This document shows positions 9,773 to 20,017 of a DNA stretch of 55,448 nt, piece by piece (the first letter of the stretch is position 1; the number at the start of each line of letters is the position of its first letter). The translations under genes and the position numbers were made by a program. The stretch spans positions 1-55,448 of IMG/VR virus record IMGVR_UViG_3300027747_000926. One strand, 5' to 3'. This stretch comes from a virus. Lineage: Duplodnaviria > Caudoviricetes. Under the pieces are notes generated by a model. The model ran no database searches. It was not told the origin of the DNA and saw only the letters and a list, made by a program, of their open reading frames with translations.

Positions 9773-11571
9773 AGGGCTTTAAGCTCCTTAGATGTTTCTG
9801 CCATCTTGATATATCTCAATTCGATATTGCCGTTAATTTTTACAGAGAAGATCTGGCCTTTGAATCCTGATGGCAGTCTATAAACCCCACGTTTGGTGTA
9901 TTGACTAGTGTTGATGAGCTTGTCATCGCAGTAGACGGATACCAGAACATAACGATCGTCGATAATCCCTGGCAATGCCTGCAATATCGAGCCGTTGATG
10001 TTGTAAGTATTCATTGAGGTAGCATTTAATGCACCCTTTAAATTACCATTAGCAGAAAACAAAGCTTGATTAACCAGTGCTAGTTGAGCAATACGATTTT
10101 GAATGGCAACCGCATCCCCGATACCATCAAAGTTTGCCTCTACTTCAATTGACCCTAGATTGGTTGGAGCTGTAAAGACAAAGTTCTTAGAGCGCCATTC
10201 GTATGGAAGGGTATTGTTCTCATCGCCTTCCCAAGACATGATCTCAGTGCCTTGGACTAGGAACATATTAGCGGTCTCAGAGTCTACAAAAGTAGCAACT
10301 GAATTCAAACTGGTGATGGTTAAGGGCGTTCCTGAAATATTACTATCGAGAATAAAAGCGCCTGTAGTAACGTCGCCAGTTCCCGCATCAAAGAATCCAA
10401 AGTACTTACCAGCAAAGAAAGATGCCCTGATAGATGCTGGGTTGTACTTGGCAAAGTCATCTCGAAGCATGACGTTCCCCGTTAATAACCCTACGCTTGG
10501 GTTAACTAGCCCGTTAGGGCTAGCATAGGTCACACCTGTTGCGGTAGAAACAATAGATCTTTTTGAGATACATGGTTCTAAAGTTGGGATCTTTTCAACC
10601 GACATTGATGCTGGAGTAACACCGCTTACTATATGTGGATACCCACTAGTCATCACTGCAACAGATTGACCAAACGCGGCAATTCCTACGATGTCTGTAC
10701 CAATACTCAGCTGATAGGATACGGGCCATGCATGCGGTGCATTGACTTCGGAGAAGCATAAAGTCTGTCCAAAGAACCCAGCCAAGAACCCGTTGGGAAG
10801 GGCTATAACACCCTTTAAATTAGATGGTGGCTCAGACCATAGCTGGCTGGTTAAAGTCTCTCCTAAGCCAGCAGATAGTACGTTATCGGTAAATGTCGTA
10901 GTTGCGATTGGGATCTCTGCTACAAACTGAAACTGTGTAGAGCTTGTTCCTGAAACTGATCTATAAATCCTACGCTTGGTAATGTTATAACCCGTTGTCG
11001 GGACTGTCTCAAAACCACTTACAGTAACTGTATCACCCGATCCACATAGCACTAGAGCGGATGCTGGGCTTGGCATGCTTTGTTCTTCGATATCACCGTA
11101 CGTATTAACGTACGTATAGACATACACCCGAGTCTCAGGGGTAGTACCAGATCCAACTCGAGTGACCGTTGGGGCTACTGCTGGACCCTTAACGCCCATA
11201 TATAGGTAGGATGCTGGGGCTGTACCATTGGTGCTACCCGCTAAGGTAGAGTTGGTTTTCTTGGGTACGCCATCGCCTGTGTAGAAGATGTTCATGTACT
11301 GAGATCCCAAGATGGGACTTTTAGCTACATCCACATCTGTATTCCATGCGATCCAGCGCACATCACTTGAGGTATTTTTACCGCGATAGATAGTTTGGGT
11401 ATCTGATGGGACAAATACTCTAGGCACTAATTGCCCTGGCTTTTTCCAAGACTGCAATGATCCTGAATAGAGCTTTGCATTTAGGGCTTTTTGCGCCTCA
11501 TTATCATTTAATAGATGTGGTGCTACCCGGGGGACAAATCCCCCATACGTCATGATCTTTAAACCTGACAT
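9769..11571 (-). CDS. Tail nozzle/tubular (stabilization) protein
   Basis: 600 aa, beta-rich, with RVYVYTYV, RRIYRS and LCFSEVNAPHAWP. Lies just before the GNAT and ejection genes. Confidence 0.7.
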   Translation of the reverse strand: MSGLKIMTYGGFVPRVAPHLLNDNEAQKALNAKLYSGSLQSWKKPGQLVPRVFVPSDTQTIYRGKNTSSDVRWIAWNTDVDVAKSPILGSQYMNIFYTGDGVPKKTNSTLAGSTNGTAPASYLYMGVKGPAVAPTVTRVGSGTTPETRVYVYTYVNTYGDIEEQSMPSPASALVLCGSGDTVTVSGFETVPTTGYNITKRRIYRSVSGTSSTQFQFVAEIPIATTTFTDNVLSAGLGETLTSQLWSEPPSNLKGVIALPNGFLAGFFGQTLCFSEVNAPHAWPVSYQLSIGTDIVGIAAFGQSVAVMTSGYPHIVSGVTPASMSVEKIPTLEPCISKRSIVSTATGVTYASPNGLVNPSVGLLTGNVMLRDDFAKYNPASIRASFFAGKYFGFFDAGTGDVTTGAFILDSNISGTPLTITSLNSVATFVDSETANMFLVQGTEIMSWEGDENNTLPYEWRSKNFVFTAPTNLGSIEVEANFDGIGDAVAIQNRIAQLALVNQALFSANGNLKGALNATSMNTYNINGSILQALPGIIDDRYVLVSVYCDDKLINTSQYTKRGVYRLPSGFKGQIFSVKINGNIELRYIKMAETSKELKAL

Positions 11572-11581
11572 TTATTTCTCT

Positions 11582-12007
11582 TTATGAATAGATTCTGGTG
11601 CCGCTTTTATCAATGATTAAGGCTTGATTGCGGGGCTTGTCGTAATATGAATTTGCTACGCTAATGTGAACCCATGAATTAAACTCACGGATCAGTTGAT
11701 CGTATGGCAGACCTGCTGATATAACTGCTTTAACTACCTCGTCTGGTGTCATGCCGATAATATGAAAGTCTGCGGCGCACCCTAAGCGGTGTTGGCTAGT
11801 GTCTTTAGACCCCACTGAATCGTTTACTTGTTTGGATCTATAACCGCTGTTAATCAACATTGGCTTGTTTATGACTGTTCTTACCTTCTCTAATAGTCCA
11901 GCCAAGCGGGTTAAGTTGGCAATAGCGGATGCTGGTGGAGTATTGTCAAACTCTCTATGAGAAGTGGCAATGAGCTCTTCTAAAGTAAAGTTTGGAGAGA
12001 GGTTCAT
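11582..12007 (-). CDS. Endolysin, peptidase M15A family
   Basis: LSPNFTLEEL, INSGYRS, SQHRLGCAAD and WVHIS zinc-ligand motifs. Confidence 0.92.
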   Translation of the reverse strand: MNLSPNFTLEELIATSHREFDNTPPASAIANLTRLAGLLEKVRTVINKPMLINSGYRSKQVNDSVGSKDTSQHRLGCAADFHIIGMTPDEVVKAVISAGLPYDQLIREFNSWVHISVANSYYDKPRNQALIIDKSGTRIYS

Positions 12008-12498
12008 TTAATAGGGGCGCTCTCAAATAACATCTGATCCTTCTTCTGACTACCATTGGTAGAGCCAAACCAAAATGCCACTACCGAAATCCAAGCAGTT
12101 CCTAGGCTACCCAACATGATCAATACAGGTTGGTTTTCATGGACTTGTCCTGACATGAATCCAAAAAGAATGCCAAAGAACCCAATAGTAATTCCGTATG
12201 ACAGAATTGCTGGCACGCTAGACTTGACTACTGTCTGCATATCTCTAGCAGACTTGCGATCTTCTACTGCTAGTTGCTCAAAGTTCAGACCAAGCGCCTG
12301 AGTTTGTTCTTTAAATTTAATCTCTTCTATTTGCAGTGCAGCTAACTGATCTGCTGATAACTTGTTACTAGCAATCAAGTCCTTAACTTCATTAGGCGCA
12401 ACGCCAAAGAGTTTGGATAAGGCTGTAACAGCCAGTCCAGCCAATGGGCCACCAAGACAAGTAGCAATGGTAGGCGCTATTTGTGTGAGCCAATCCAT
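12004..12498 (-). CDS. Holin-like membrane protein
   Basis: APTIATCLGGPLAG, DRKSARDMQ, two C-terminal TM helices ending FWFGS; adjacent to the endolysin. Confidence 0.75.
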   Translation of the reverse strand: MDWLTQIAPTIATCLGGPLAGLAVTALSKLFGVAPNEVKDLIASNKLSADQLAALQIEEIKFKEQTQALGLNFEQLAVEDRKSARDMQTVVKSSVPAILSYGITIGFFGILFGFMSGQVHENQPVLIMLGSLGTAWISVVAFWFGSTNGSQKKDQMLFESAPIK

Positions 12499-12653
12499 TA
12501 CTTCGCCTTTTTCTTGGCTACTTTCTTTAAAGCCATTGGTGCTTTTTTAGGGCGACCACGCTTTGGTGCTGGGAAATCAGGTGCTACAGAAGTTGGCGCT
12601 ATTGGGGTAGTGATAAAGAACTCTTTAATAGAGTTGATCAGTTTTAAAAACAT
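12498..12653 (-). CDS. Small basic protein with an AT-hook-like KRGRPK motif (51 aa, not in ORF track)
   Basis: MFLKLINSIKEFFITTPIAPTSVAPDFPAPKRGRPKKAPMALKKVAKKKAK. AAGGA RBS upstream and TAATG coupling to the holin. Confidence 0.7.
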   Translation of the reverse strand: MFLKLINSIKEFFITTPIAPTSVAPDFPAPKRGRPKKAPMALKKVAKKKAK

Positions 12654-12664
12654 TTTTAATATCC

Positions 12665-13606
12665 TTAAATTAATACTTGTTTGCCACGGAAGTAAGCCTT
12701 CTCATTCACCACAAAGCAAAACTCAGGGTGCAATAAAACGCCATCTTCAATTGTGAGTACTACAAAACCAGAGCAATGATTGGCTGGGTTATCTTCCCCA
12801 TAATGCATATGGTCGCCATGCACCTCGCCTAATGTTCCGCAGTCGATACCCCAACGTATACCGCCATAGTCATTCAATAATGTCGCCTGCAATCGGTGCA
12901 AGTGACCCGTGCAAATATTGACCCCGCTATAGAGGGTGTTGTTCCAGGTTGCATGAGTGCCATTACGAAAACGGTGCTTGATCATGAGACTGTCATTCAC
13001 AAATAAGCTAATGCTCATGTTCCAGTCTGGAAATTGTTCTTGTAGGGTGAATCCTTTTACGCCCTCAAACTCAGGCACCTGATTACACAACTTCATTTCG
13101 TAGCGCATGTCGTGATTACCAAGCGTCCACCAAGTTTTTGCGCTACCGGCTGCTTGCTTAATTTCAAACAAGCGATCGGTAACGGCATCTAATTCTTCCT
13201 TCACGGAAGGGGTTCTAAGCCAAGATGATTTGGGGTATCTGCTGATATTGGAGCCATCAAAAAGGTCTCCGTTCATGACTACTAATTCAGGTTTTAATTC
13301 TTTTATTACTTTTACAAATGCTTTATGAGCGGTACTGATAATGCCAGGCCAGTAATGCGCATCTGATCCTACGATGATGGTTCCCGATTGCATATTGCAG
13401 TCAACTCTAGGGGAGTGTTCTCTTCGCACAAAGGTTGGTGACAATGGGCTTAATGACGTAAGATTAATTCCATACTTTTGCTCAATACCTTTTCTTCGTC
13501 GATGCACCTGGCGAAGGTCTAGATCTAATTTCTTAGCAACATGCGCGGCGTTTTGAAGTTCGTTCCATGTTTTAATAAAAACATCATCAGTGACTTTAGT
13601 TGACAT
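12665..13606 (-). CDS. Calcineurin-like metallophosphoesterase with N-terminal HTH-like segment
   Basis: SDAH, NGDLFD, GNHD, KH and GHLH motifs. Confidence 0.9.
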   Translation of the reverse strand: MSTKVTDDVFIKTWNELQNAAHVAKKLDLDLRQVHRRRKGIEQKYGINLTSLSPLSPTFVRREHSPRVDCNMQSGTIIVGSDAHYWPGIISTAHKAFVKVIKELKPELVVMNGDLFDGSNISRYPKSSWLRTPSVKEELDAVTDRLFEIKQAAGSAKTWWTLGNHDMRYEMKLCNQVPEFEGVKGFTLQEQFPDWNMSISLFVNDSLMIKHRFRNGTHATWNNTLYSGVNICTGHLHRLQATLLNDYGGIRWGIDCGTLGEVHGDHMHYGEDNPANHCSGFVVLTIEDGVLLHPEFCFVVNEKAYFRGKQVLI

Positions 13607-13895
13607 AACGTGTAATTGCTTTTTGAAGTGTGGTTATTTTGATAATCATTCCTTTTGGGATGATCAAAGTTTGCGCATGGTTCTCATTAGAGAATGTTTG
13701 GCAGACTTTTACTTGAGTCTTGGTAGACTTTAATATCCAACCAACAGTTAGGCAGTTAAGGACGGAATCTTTTTCGTCAATATCATTGCCATCCTGCCAG
13801 CCAAATTCATGCTCGGCATCTAACCATTCAATCAACACAATCTCTGGTGTTTTGATTGAGGGTTTCTTTACAGGTTTCACAGCCTTGGTATCCAT
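13596..13895 (-). CDS. Hypothetical phage protein
   Basis: 99 aa (IEWLDA...CLTVGW...IPKGMI), overlaps the phosphoesterase start. Confidence 0.65.
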   Translation of the reverse strand: MDTKAVKPVKKPSIKTPEIVLIEWLDAEHEFGWQDGNDIDEKDSVLNCLTVGWILKSTKTQVKVCQTFSNENHAQTLIIPKGMIIKITTLQKAITRYVN

Positions 13896-13952
13896 ATATA
13901 TATACCTTATTAATTGACGGTTAAGTATGAATGATTATTGATCAAGTGTTAA

Positions 13953-14144
13953 CTATTTAGGTAGGGACCAACCATGTGAGGTGATCCAAAGATAGCCAAT
14001 AGCAGCAACAAAAAGATAAAAGATTGTCTTAATGGAGAACCAACCAAACTGGGTTACCTTTTCATTAAGCCACTCTTTAATTGCTTCTTTCACTATGTCT
14101 TTATTGAGAGAGCCATCTTCAGGAAGATTATCCAAAGAAGTCAT
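13953..14144 (-). CDS. Small membrane protein (holin/antiholin-like)
   Basis: 63 aa with one C-terminal TM helix, at the head of the lysis cluster. Confidence 0.55.
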   Translation of the reverse strand: MTSLDNLPEDGSLNKDIVKEAIKEWLNEKVTQFGWFSIKTIFYLFVAAIGYLWITSHGWSLPK

Positions 14145-14169
14145 TTTTTAATCCTAGATTAATGGGCGT

Positions 14170-14192
14170 AAAAATACCCGCCGTAGCGGGTT
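14170..14192 (-). terminator. Rho-independent terminator after the tail fibre module
   Basis: Minus strand ACCCGC-TACG-GCGGGT followed by ATTTTT (C-UACG-G tetraloop). Confidence 0.75.
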
Positions 14193-14214
14193 GTTAATTT
14201 GATTATTTAAAAGG

Positions 14215-14496
14215 TTACTGCTTGCCTTGTGCAAATACATTTACAAAAACTGTGCCATCTTCTAATGCTTCTATTTCATGCCACTCACCAGCAGGCAAAT
14301 TTAAAGGTTGACTATCTTTATTAATAGTATGGCTGCGACCTTCAAGACTTACTAAACAACTTCCAGCATTACACATACAGGCGTGAGCATAAGAATGACT
14401 ATGACTAGGCAATCCTTCACCTTTGTCTGCATGGTACACATTTAACTGAGCCCCATCGTAGGTAAAGCTATGTCTAAGATTTGCTGGGTTTACCAT
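14215..14496 (-). CDS. Cupin-domain protein (93 aa, start reassigned to 14496)
   Basis: LPSHSHSYAH...LPAGEWHEIEALED cupin motifs; TAATG overlap with the upstream stop. Confidence 0.8.
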   Translation of the reverse strand: MVNPANLRHSFTYDGAQLNVYHADKGEGLPSHSHSYAHACMCNAGSCLVSLEGRSHTINKDSQPLNLPAGEWHEIEALEDGTVFVNVFAQGKQ

Positions 14497-14780
14497 TATG
14501 CAGATTGTGTGCCAATTGTTATTGGCTGGTCTTGTGCTTGTACGGGAATTGGAGGTGTCCAAGCGTTATAAACATCTACACAATTAGTAGCCCAAACTGG
14601 TAATTCTGTAATAGTTTCATTCTGGGGTTTTGGTCTGCCATTAAACTCTACTTCACCTTCTGTTTCATACCATTGCACAGCATGAATATTTGCTGGAATA
14701 CCACATTGGCTTAAATCTAAAATACGGCTAGAACCATCAACATATACTGCGTTGTCATCAACAATAATAGTTAATTTCAT
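14496..14780 (-). CDS. Tail fibre-associated small protein
   Basis: 94 aa, coupled within the tail fibre operon. Confidence 0.55.
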   Translation of the reverse strand: MKLTIIVDDNAVYVDGSSRILDLSQCGIPANIHAVQWYETEGEVEFNGRPKPQNETITELPVWATNCVDVYNAWTPPIPVQAQDQPITIGTQSA

Positions 14781-15091
14781 TATTCATTCTCCAAAATCAT
14801 TTTTTGTGTGTGTTGTGGGATACCAGCAGTTGCTAGTAATACTCTTTGTCCTACTTCATTATTCTTAACCATTTCATTTCTAAATGATTCAACGGCAGCA
14901 GCAGTACTATGTTGTTGTCTTGCATTTTCAATTAACATCATCGGCATCATTGCCATAGAGCAACCCCAATCCTTTAAAGGTTCTCCAGTATTCGGATGTG
15001 TTCCATGAATTTCAATAAACCAAGCGCAATCTAATTGCTTGCAAGGCTCAAAATTATTTAAAGGGCAGTTGTTTTTAGGTTCAATTTTCAT
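14780..15091 (-). CDS. Cys-rich hypothetical protein
   Basis: CPL...CKQLDCAWF...WGC, coupled to the tail fibre gene. Confidence 0.6.
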   Translation of the reverse strand: MKIEPKNNCPLNNFEPCKQLDCAWFIEIHGTHPNTGEPLKDWGCSMAMMPMMLIENARQQHSTAAAVESFRNEMVKNNEVGQRVLLATAGIPQHTQKMILENE

Positions 15092-15987
15092 TAGTTTTTA
15101 GAACAGATGATTATGTTAGCGTAACGAACATTTAAAGTAACAGCAGACGATGTACCTGAACCTGAGCCAGAAAAACTATGGGTATGAGAACCGCCACCAC
15201 CAGTACTATTTGTATAGTAGGTAAATTGCGGATTGTATCCTTGAGAACCATTCCAAGAGGGATAACCACTAGAACATCCTGTATTGTCTAATGAATAAGA
15301 ATGGTTGTGACTAGGCATCTGTGCAGTAGAAAGCGTTGTTGCCCCAGTAGTTCCACTTATTGAAACAGTTGTAGATACAGTTTGATTAGTAAATACAGTT
15401 GAGTAAGCAGTAGTACCACCAGTAGTTCCACCAGTACCAGACACTAATCGCAAAGCATAATCATCAAGTGTTGTTACTTGTGTCCAACCAGTAGGTGCGG
15501 CTGCTTGATAGAATAAAAGAACTGTGCCAGTTGGAAAAACACCAGTAGTATTGCCTGTTCCGCCTTGAGCTACAGAGAGTGGTGTAGTTAAACCACTTAG
15601 AGAAGTAATGTTAGAGTTGGCACCAGATGTTGCAATTCCAGTCACCGCACCAGTTGATCCATTAACGGATTGAACGCCACCGTTGTTATTAACATCCGTT
15701 AAGCCTTGTGCGGTTACACGCAATTCAATCTTATCTCCAGCGGCATAAGCTCTAGCGGCTGTACCGTCTTGACCTCTTACTACCGTTAAGGTATCTGATG
15801 ATCTCGCTGTAACCTTAACTATTTCTAGGTTATTACTAGAGTCAATCAAAGTAGCATAGAAATAATCACTAGCTGTCAGCGCTGGAAAGTAAGCGCCCTG
15901 CCCAGCCGTGACATAGATCGTAGTTGATGATGCCGAGATAGACGAAGCTAAAGCACCAACTGCATTGTTGGTAAATTTAATACCCAT
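15091..15987 (-). CDS. Tail fibre protein with collar-like domain
   Basis: N-terminal EIVKVTARSSDTLTVVRGQDGT; C-terminal FYQAAAPTGW, LSTAQMPSHNH, HTHSF and IIICSK. Confidence 0.8.
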   Translation of the reverse strand: MGIKFTNNAVGALASSISASSTTIYVTAGQGAYFPALTASDYFYATLIDSSNNLEIVKVTARSSDTLTVVRGQDGTAARAYAAGDKIELRVTAQGLTDVNNNGGVQSVNGSTGAVTGIATSGANSNITSLSGLTTPLSVAQGGTGNTTGVFPTGTVLLFYQAAAPTGWTQVTTLDDYALRLVSGTGGTTGGTTAYSTVFTNQTVSTTVSISGTTGATTLSTAQMPSHNHSYSLDNTGCSSGYPSWNGSQGYNPQFTYYTNSTGGGGSHTHSFSGSGSGTSSAVTLNVRYANIIICSKN

Positions 15988-16053
15988 TTTTACTCCTATT
16001 TAAGTTAATTCAAATACTATTTAATAGTAAATTCTTATGGCTCTTAGAATTTT

Positions 16054-19000
16054 TTAGGCTGCTTTTTTATAAACATAAAAATCTAATTTTTCTGCCGATG
16101 CATAAATTCGATCAACATCTATATCAAATCTTATTGATCCATCAAGAACCTGAATAGCTAATGAATTTATTGGTTCATCACTAAATCTTGTGTAATGCAG
16201 TTTTCCATCAATTGATATAAGTACCGGAACATTTCCAAATAATGGGTTGTAATTAATAACCCCAAAAACTGAAGACTTAGATGGCGCCGATCCATTTAAT
16301 GGAACGATATCTGCTAAGTAACTTGATGCACTTGATTTAGATTGAACTGCACTAGAAAGAATAATTTGTTGAGGTGTAATTAGAACGCTACTAGCTAATG
16401 AGCTAATCTTTATTTCACCGTTCAAATTAACAACATGCTGTAATGCTTCAATCGTTTTCGAGTTAACTACTGCCAAACAATCTAGTAACTTATTTATTAG
16501 CAAGCTACTACTTGTTGTGACACTAGCTGAATTGCTAGATTCTATAGAAACTATTTTATTGATTGATGCTGATGCTAAAGAAACAGCGTTAGTGCTTGAT
16601 GCAATTGTTGCTACTTTTGAAACCAAAGCATTAAAACTTGTGACACTAGTTACAGCAGAAGACAGTTTATAACTTACACTAGTATTTGCAGTTATAACAT
16701 TAGTAACCGCAGCAACACCTGTAAGTGCAGCTAGTGGAACAGTATCGTAAAGACTACCATTTATAAATACAATACTATTAGTTGTAGAGGATAACGGAGT
16801 TACTTTAGAAACCGATCCAGCAGAATTGTTGCTTACAAATCCTGAACCAGCCAATGGAATAACATTGTTAATATTTGCAGAGTAAGCAACAGTTGTAGCT
16901 ACTAAACTGGTTAAAGAAATACTATTTTTAATAGTACTCGAGCAGTTGCTAATTACGGCTACTGAACTTGCTAACGATACAACATGGTCTATTGATGCAG
17001 ATGAGCTGCTAATTAATCCTATCGAAGCAGCTAATGGGCTAGTATCAGAGATAGATCCGGCAGATGTGCTTGTTGAAAGTATTAATCCAATTAATGGAAT
17101 AATCCTACTATCAGAACCGACAAAAGTACTATATACAAACAATGACCCTGAAAGAGGAATTCTATTTGTAATGGCGCCAGTAGAATTATTCGTTACTGCT
17201 ACTGCGCTAAGTAAGTTAACTACATTTTTTAAAGCTGCTGAGCTATCTGCATTAACATTGGTTAATGATGATAAAGCTATGGTATCAACAACAGAACTAA
17301 TACCAATCGAATTTACTGCGGAGCTTCCAGATAAATAAACAGTTGATAGGAAATTACCAATAGCATAAGTATTTACAGATAAATTACTATCAAGGACAAC
17401 AATATGGCTTAAGGCAGAAGTAGTTGCAACAAGTCCAACTGCCGAGCTAGATAGTGGAGATACATCGGTAATGCCCCCAGTGGAAATACTAGTTACAGCT
17501 GCTGAACTAGCCAGAGGGGATACATCGGTAATAGCTCCAGTAGAGGTAGATACTGCGTTAACACTTGATGCAAAACTATAAGCAACGCTGGTATTTGCTT
17601 TCACAACATTAGTAACTGCAGCCACGCCTGTAAGTGCAGCGAGCGGAATGGTATCGTAAATACCTGCAGTACCAGCAACGGCAATATTAGCTGTAACAGC
17701 TAGCGGAATATTGTCGGTAATAGCTCCAGAAGCTGTTGAGGTTGATAAACCACTTCCATACAAAGAAATGCCAATTAGAACAGCTCCATTGGCGCTAACT
17801 TTTACCGAGACTCCAGATGGTTCACTATTAATAGCAGCTGAGTTAAGGGTCTGTAAACCCAAAGTTCCATAGGAGTAGTTGCTATTTAGAGTGACAGCTT
17901 TATTAATATTAGCCGTGACTGTATCTATTGTTGTACCTGAACCAACCAAAAAAATGGTGTCGGTAATGGCTCCGGTGGAGAAACTGGTCGCTACTACAGA
18001 ACTAGCTAATGCAGCAACTTTAGTAATAGCTCCAGTAGAATTAACTATTGACCCGATACTTGAAGCAAATTTATAAGCTACGCTAGTGTTGGCTGTAACT
18101 ATGTTTGTTACTGATGCCGTACCAGCTAATGATGCCAGTGGTATTAAATCTAATAAACTAGATGAACTAGTCACATAACTATTAGAAGATGCAGATAAAA
18201 CATTAACTTTATTTAATAAAGCCGATCCTGTGGCATTAACTGTAACACTGCTAGTCAATACATTGATTTTAATTAAAAGACTGGCGGAGCTTACAATTAC
18301 ACTAGCAGAGGTCAACCCATTATTAATAGCGCCAGAGTTCAACAGCGTTGTATTTAATGGGCCTGTGGTGAACCATGAATCTAGATTTACTACATGATTT
18401 AATGCTTGTGATACGTTATTACAAACGACATATGCATTAGATGCCAGAGTAATTGAATTATTAATCGCTCCAGCTGAATTGCTAGTTACACCTATAGAGC
18501 TAGCTAGTGGGGATACATCGGTAATATCTCCAGTGACAGTACTGGTTACAACTGCTGAGCTAGCTAATCGAATGACATCGGTAATAGCTCCAGTGGAAGA
18601 GCTAGCTATAACCGCTGAACTAGCTAATCGAACTACATCGGTAATAGTTCCAGTGGAGGTACTAGTTACAACTGCTGAGCTAGCTAGTGGGGATACATCG
18701 GTAATGCCCCCAGTGGAGGTAGCTAATGCACTGGTGTTTGAAGCAAATTTATAAGCAACGCTGGTGTTGGCAGTTACCAAGTTAGTAACAGCGGCTACCC
18801 CAGAGAGTGTAGCTAGCGGGATAATATCGTATAGGCCAGCAGTACCAGTAACAGCTATGTTAGATGTAGCTCCTAAGCTTGCAGTTTTAGCAATAACTCC
18901 AGAAGCATTTGAGGTAGCTACTCCATTTCCGTAAATAGCATTGACAATTAGAGCAGTACCCAAAGCTGACGAGCTTACCGCCCCGCTGATAACGGAATTA

Positions 19001-19548
19001 TTTAACGCTAGTGTATTTAAAGGTAAGGCATTAACTACTCCAAGTGAAGTAGTGTTGTCTACATTTACAATCCTGTAAATAGTAGCTTGCGAACTCGCAG
19101 TTACTGTTATTTCACCAGTCAAAACATAGCTAGTACTAATTTGTGATGCTGATGCGCTAGTACAGTTAATTGATCCTGCTAATAGAACTTGATGATAAAG
19201 ATCAGAAGTTGCTGTAGCAGACGAATTTGAACTAGACGCAATCTTATAAGAAACGCTAGTGTTGGCTATAACAGAGCTAGTGCATAATAATGAGCCAGCC
19301 ATGGGAGCTGACCCACCAAGCAAAGAAGCGCCAGCTACTACTACTTGTGCAGTTGCATTTAAATTTACTACATGCAGAATAGCCCCTGAACTTGATGAGA
19401 CTGCTGCTATAGACGAAGCTAATATTGGTGTTAGACCCAGGGAACTACTAGAAGTAGTTATGCTGCTAGCAGATGTACTGAGCTGTTGTAAAACTCCAGC
19501 TGTGCCGTTTAAAGCAACGGTGTTTAATGCCGCCGCGTTAAGCAACAT
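16054..19548 (-). CDS. Long Ser/Ala/Thr/Val-rich repeat fibre protein
   Basis: 1164 aa built from about 20-aa repeats (e.g. GAITDVSPLASSAVVTSTST). Confidence 0.7.
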   Translation of the reverse strand: MLLNAAALNTVALNGTAGVLQQLSTSASSITTSSSSLGLTPILASSIAAVSSSSGAILHVVNLNATAQVVVAGASLLGGSAPMAGSLLCTSSVIANTSVSYKIASSSNSSATATSDLYHQVLLAGSINCTSASASQISTSYVLTGEITVTASSQATIYRIVNVDNTTSLGVVNALPLNTLALNNSVISGAVSSSALGTALIVNAIYGNGVATSNASGVIAKTASLGATSNIAVTGTAGLYDIIPLATLSGVAAVTNLVTANTSVAYKFASNTSALATSTGGITDVSPLASSAVVTSTSTGTITDVVRLASSAVIASSSTGAITDVIRLASSAVVTSTVTGDITDVSPLASSIGVTSNSAGAINNSITLASNAYVVCNNVSQALNHVVNLDSWFTTGPLNTTLLNSGAINNGLTSASVIVSSASLLIKINVLTSSVTVNATGSALLNKVNVLSASSNSYVTSSSSLLDLIPLASLAGTASVTNIVTANTSVAYKFASSIGSIVNSTGAITKVAALASSVVATSFSTGAITDTIFLVGSGTTIDTVTANINKAVTLNSNYSYGTLGLQTLNSAAINSEPSGVSVKVSANGAVLIGISLYGSGLSTSTASGAITDNIPLAVTANIAVAGTAGIYDTIPLAALTGVAAVTNVVKANTSVAYSFASSVNAVSTSTGAITDVSPLASSAAVTSISTGGITDVSPLSSSAVGLVATTSALSHIVVLDSNLSVNTYAIGNFLSTVYLSGSSAVNSIGISSVVDTIALSSLTNVNADSSAALKNVVNLLSAVAVTNNSTGAITNRIPLSGSLFVYSTFVGSDSRIIPLIGLILSTSTSAGSISDTSPLAASIGLISSSSASIDHVVSLASSVAVISNCSSTIKNSISLTSLVATTVAYSANINNVIPLAGSGFVSNNSAGSVSKVTPLSSTTNSIVFINGSLYDTVPLAALTGVAAVTNVITANTSVSYKLSSAVTSVTSFNALVSKVATIASSTNAVSLASASINKIVSIESSNSASVTTSSSLLINKLLDCLAVVNSKTIEALQHVVNLNGEIKISSLASSVLITPQQIILSSAVQSKSSASSYLADIVPLNGSAPSKSSVFGVINYNPLFGNVPVLISIDGKLHYTRFSDEPINSLAIQVLDGSIRFDIDVDRIYASAEKLDFYVYKKAA
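18470..18730. repeat. Degenerate 60-bp tandem repeat (4 or more units) inside the fibre gene; related copies at about 17440-17560
   Basis: Successive 60-nt lines from 18481 to 18720 align (gctagctaRtNN...acatcggtaat...ccagtg). Confidence 0.9.
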
Positions 19549-19552
19549 TTAC

Positions 19553-19990
19553 TTAGTTATCAATTTGAATAGATAAAGAAGCCGCAGGGAATGTAACTGT
19601 ATCGCCTTGGTTAATCGTCTTACTGATTGATAAGTTTCCGTAAAACAATAAGTTACCAGCAGAAGCCGCATCAAATAGTCCGAATGCAACTACTGTACCC
19701 CAACTAGCTGATGGTGTAGCGAAGGTAATAGAGGCATTATTTGAAGTCGTACCACTAGTTCCAGTAGATGCAGTAGTGCTGGCGCTTGATTGTGTACCAG
19801 CCCAGTTTGCAAGGCTGTTAGTTACAGAAACACGGGAATAGTTATTGCCTGAAATTTCTGTTCCGCCAGAAGCGTCTGAAGGGGATACTGAGTAAAGACC
19901 TACATAAAGAGTTGTTGGGAATGAATAAGCCTGACCACGAAATACTTGGTCGATAATTTTATTCTCTAGATAGTCTGACATTGCAGCCAT
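19553..19990 (-). CDS. Tail fibre-associated structural protein
   Basis: MSDYLENKIID...LYVGLY...GGTEISGNNYSR...FGLFDAASAGNLLFYG, a common phage tail family pattern. Confidence 0.75.
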   Translation of the reverse strand: MAAMSDYLENKIIDQVFRGQAYSFPTTLYVGLYSVSPSDASGGTEISGNNYSRVSVTNSLANWAGTQSSASTTASTGTSGTTSNNASITFATPSASWGTVVAFGLFDAASAGNLLFYGNLSISKTINQGDTVTFPAASLSIQIDN

Positions 19991-20017
19991 GTGCTTCTCC
20001 TTTTTAAAAAATTAAAC

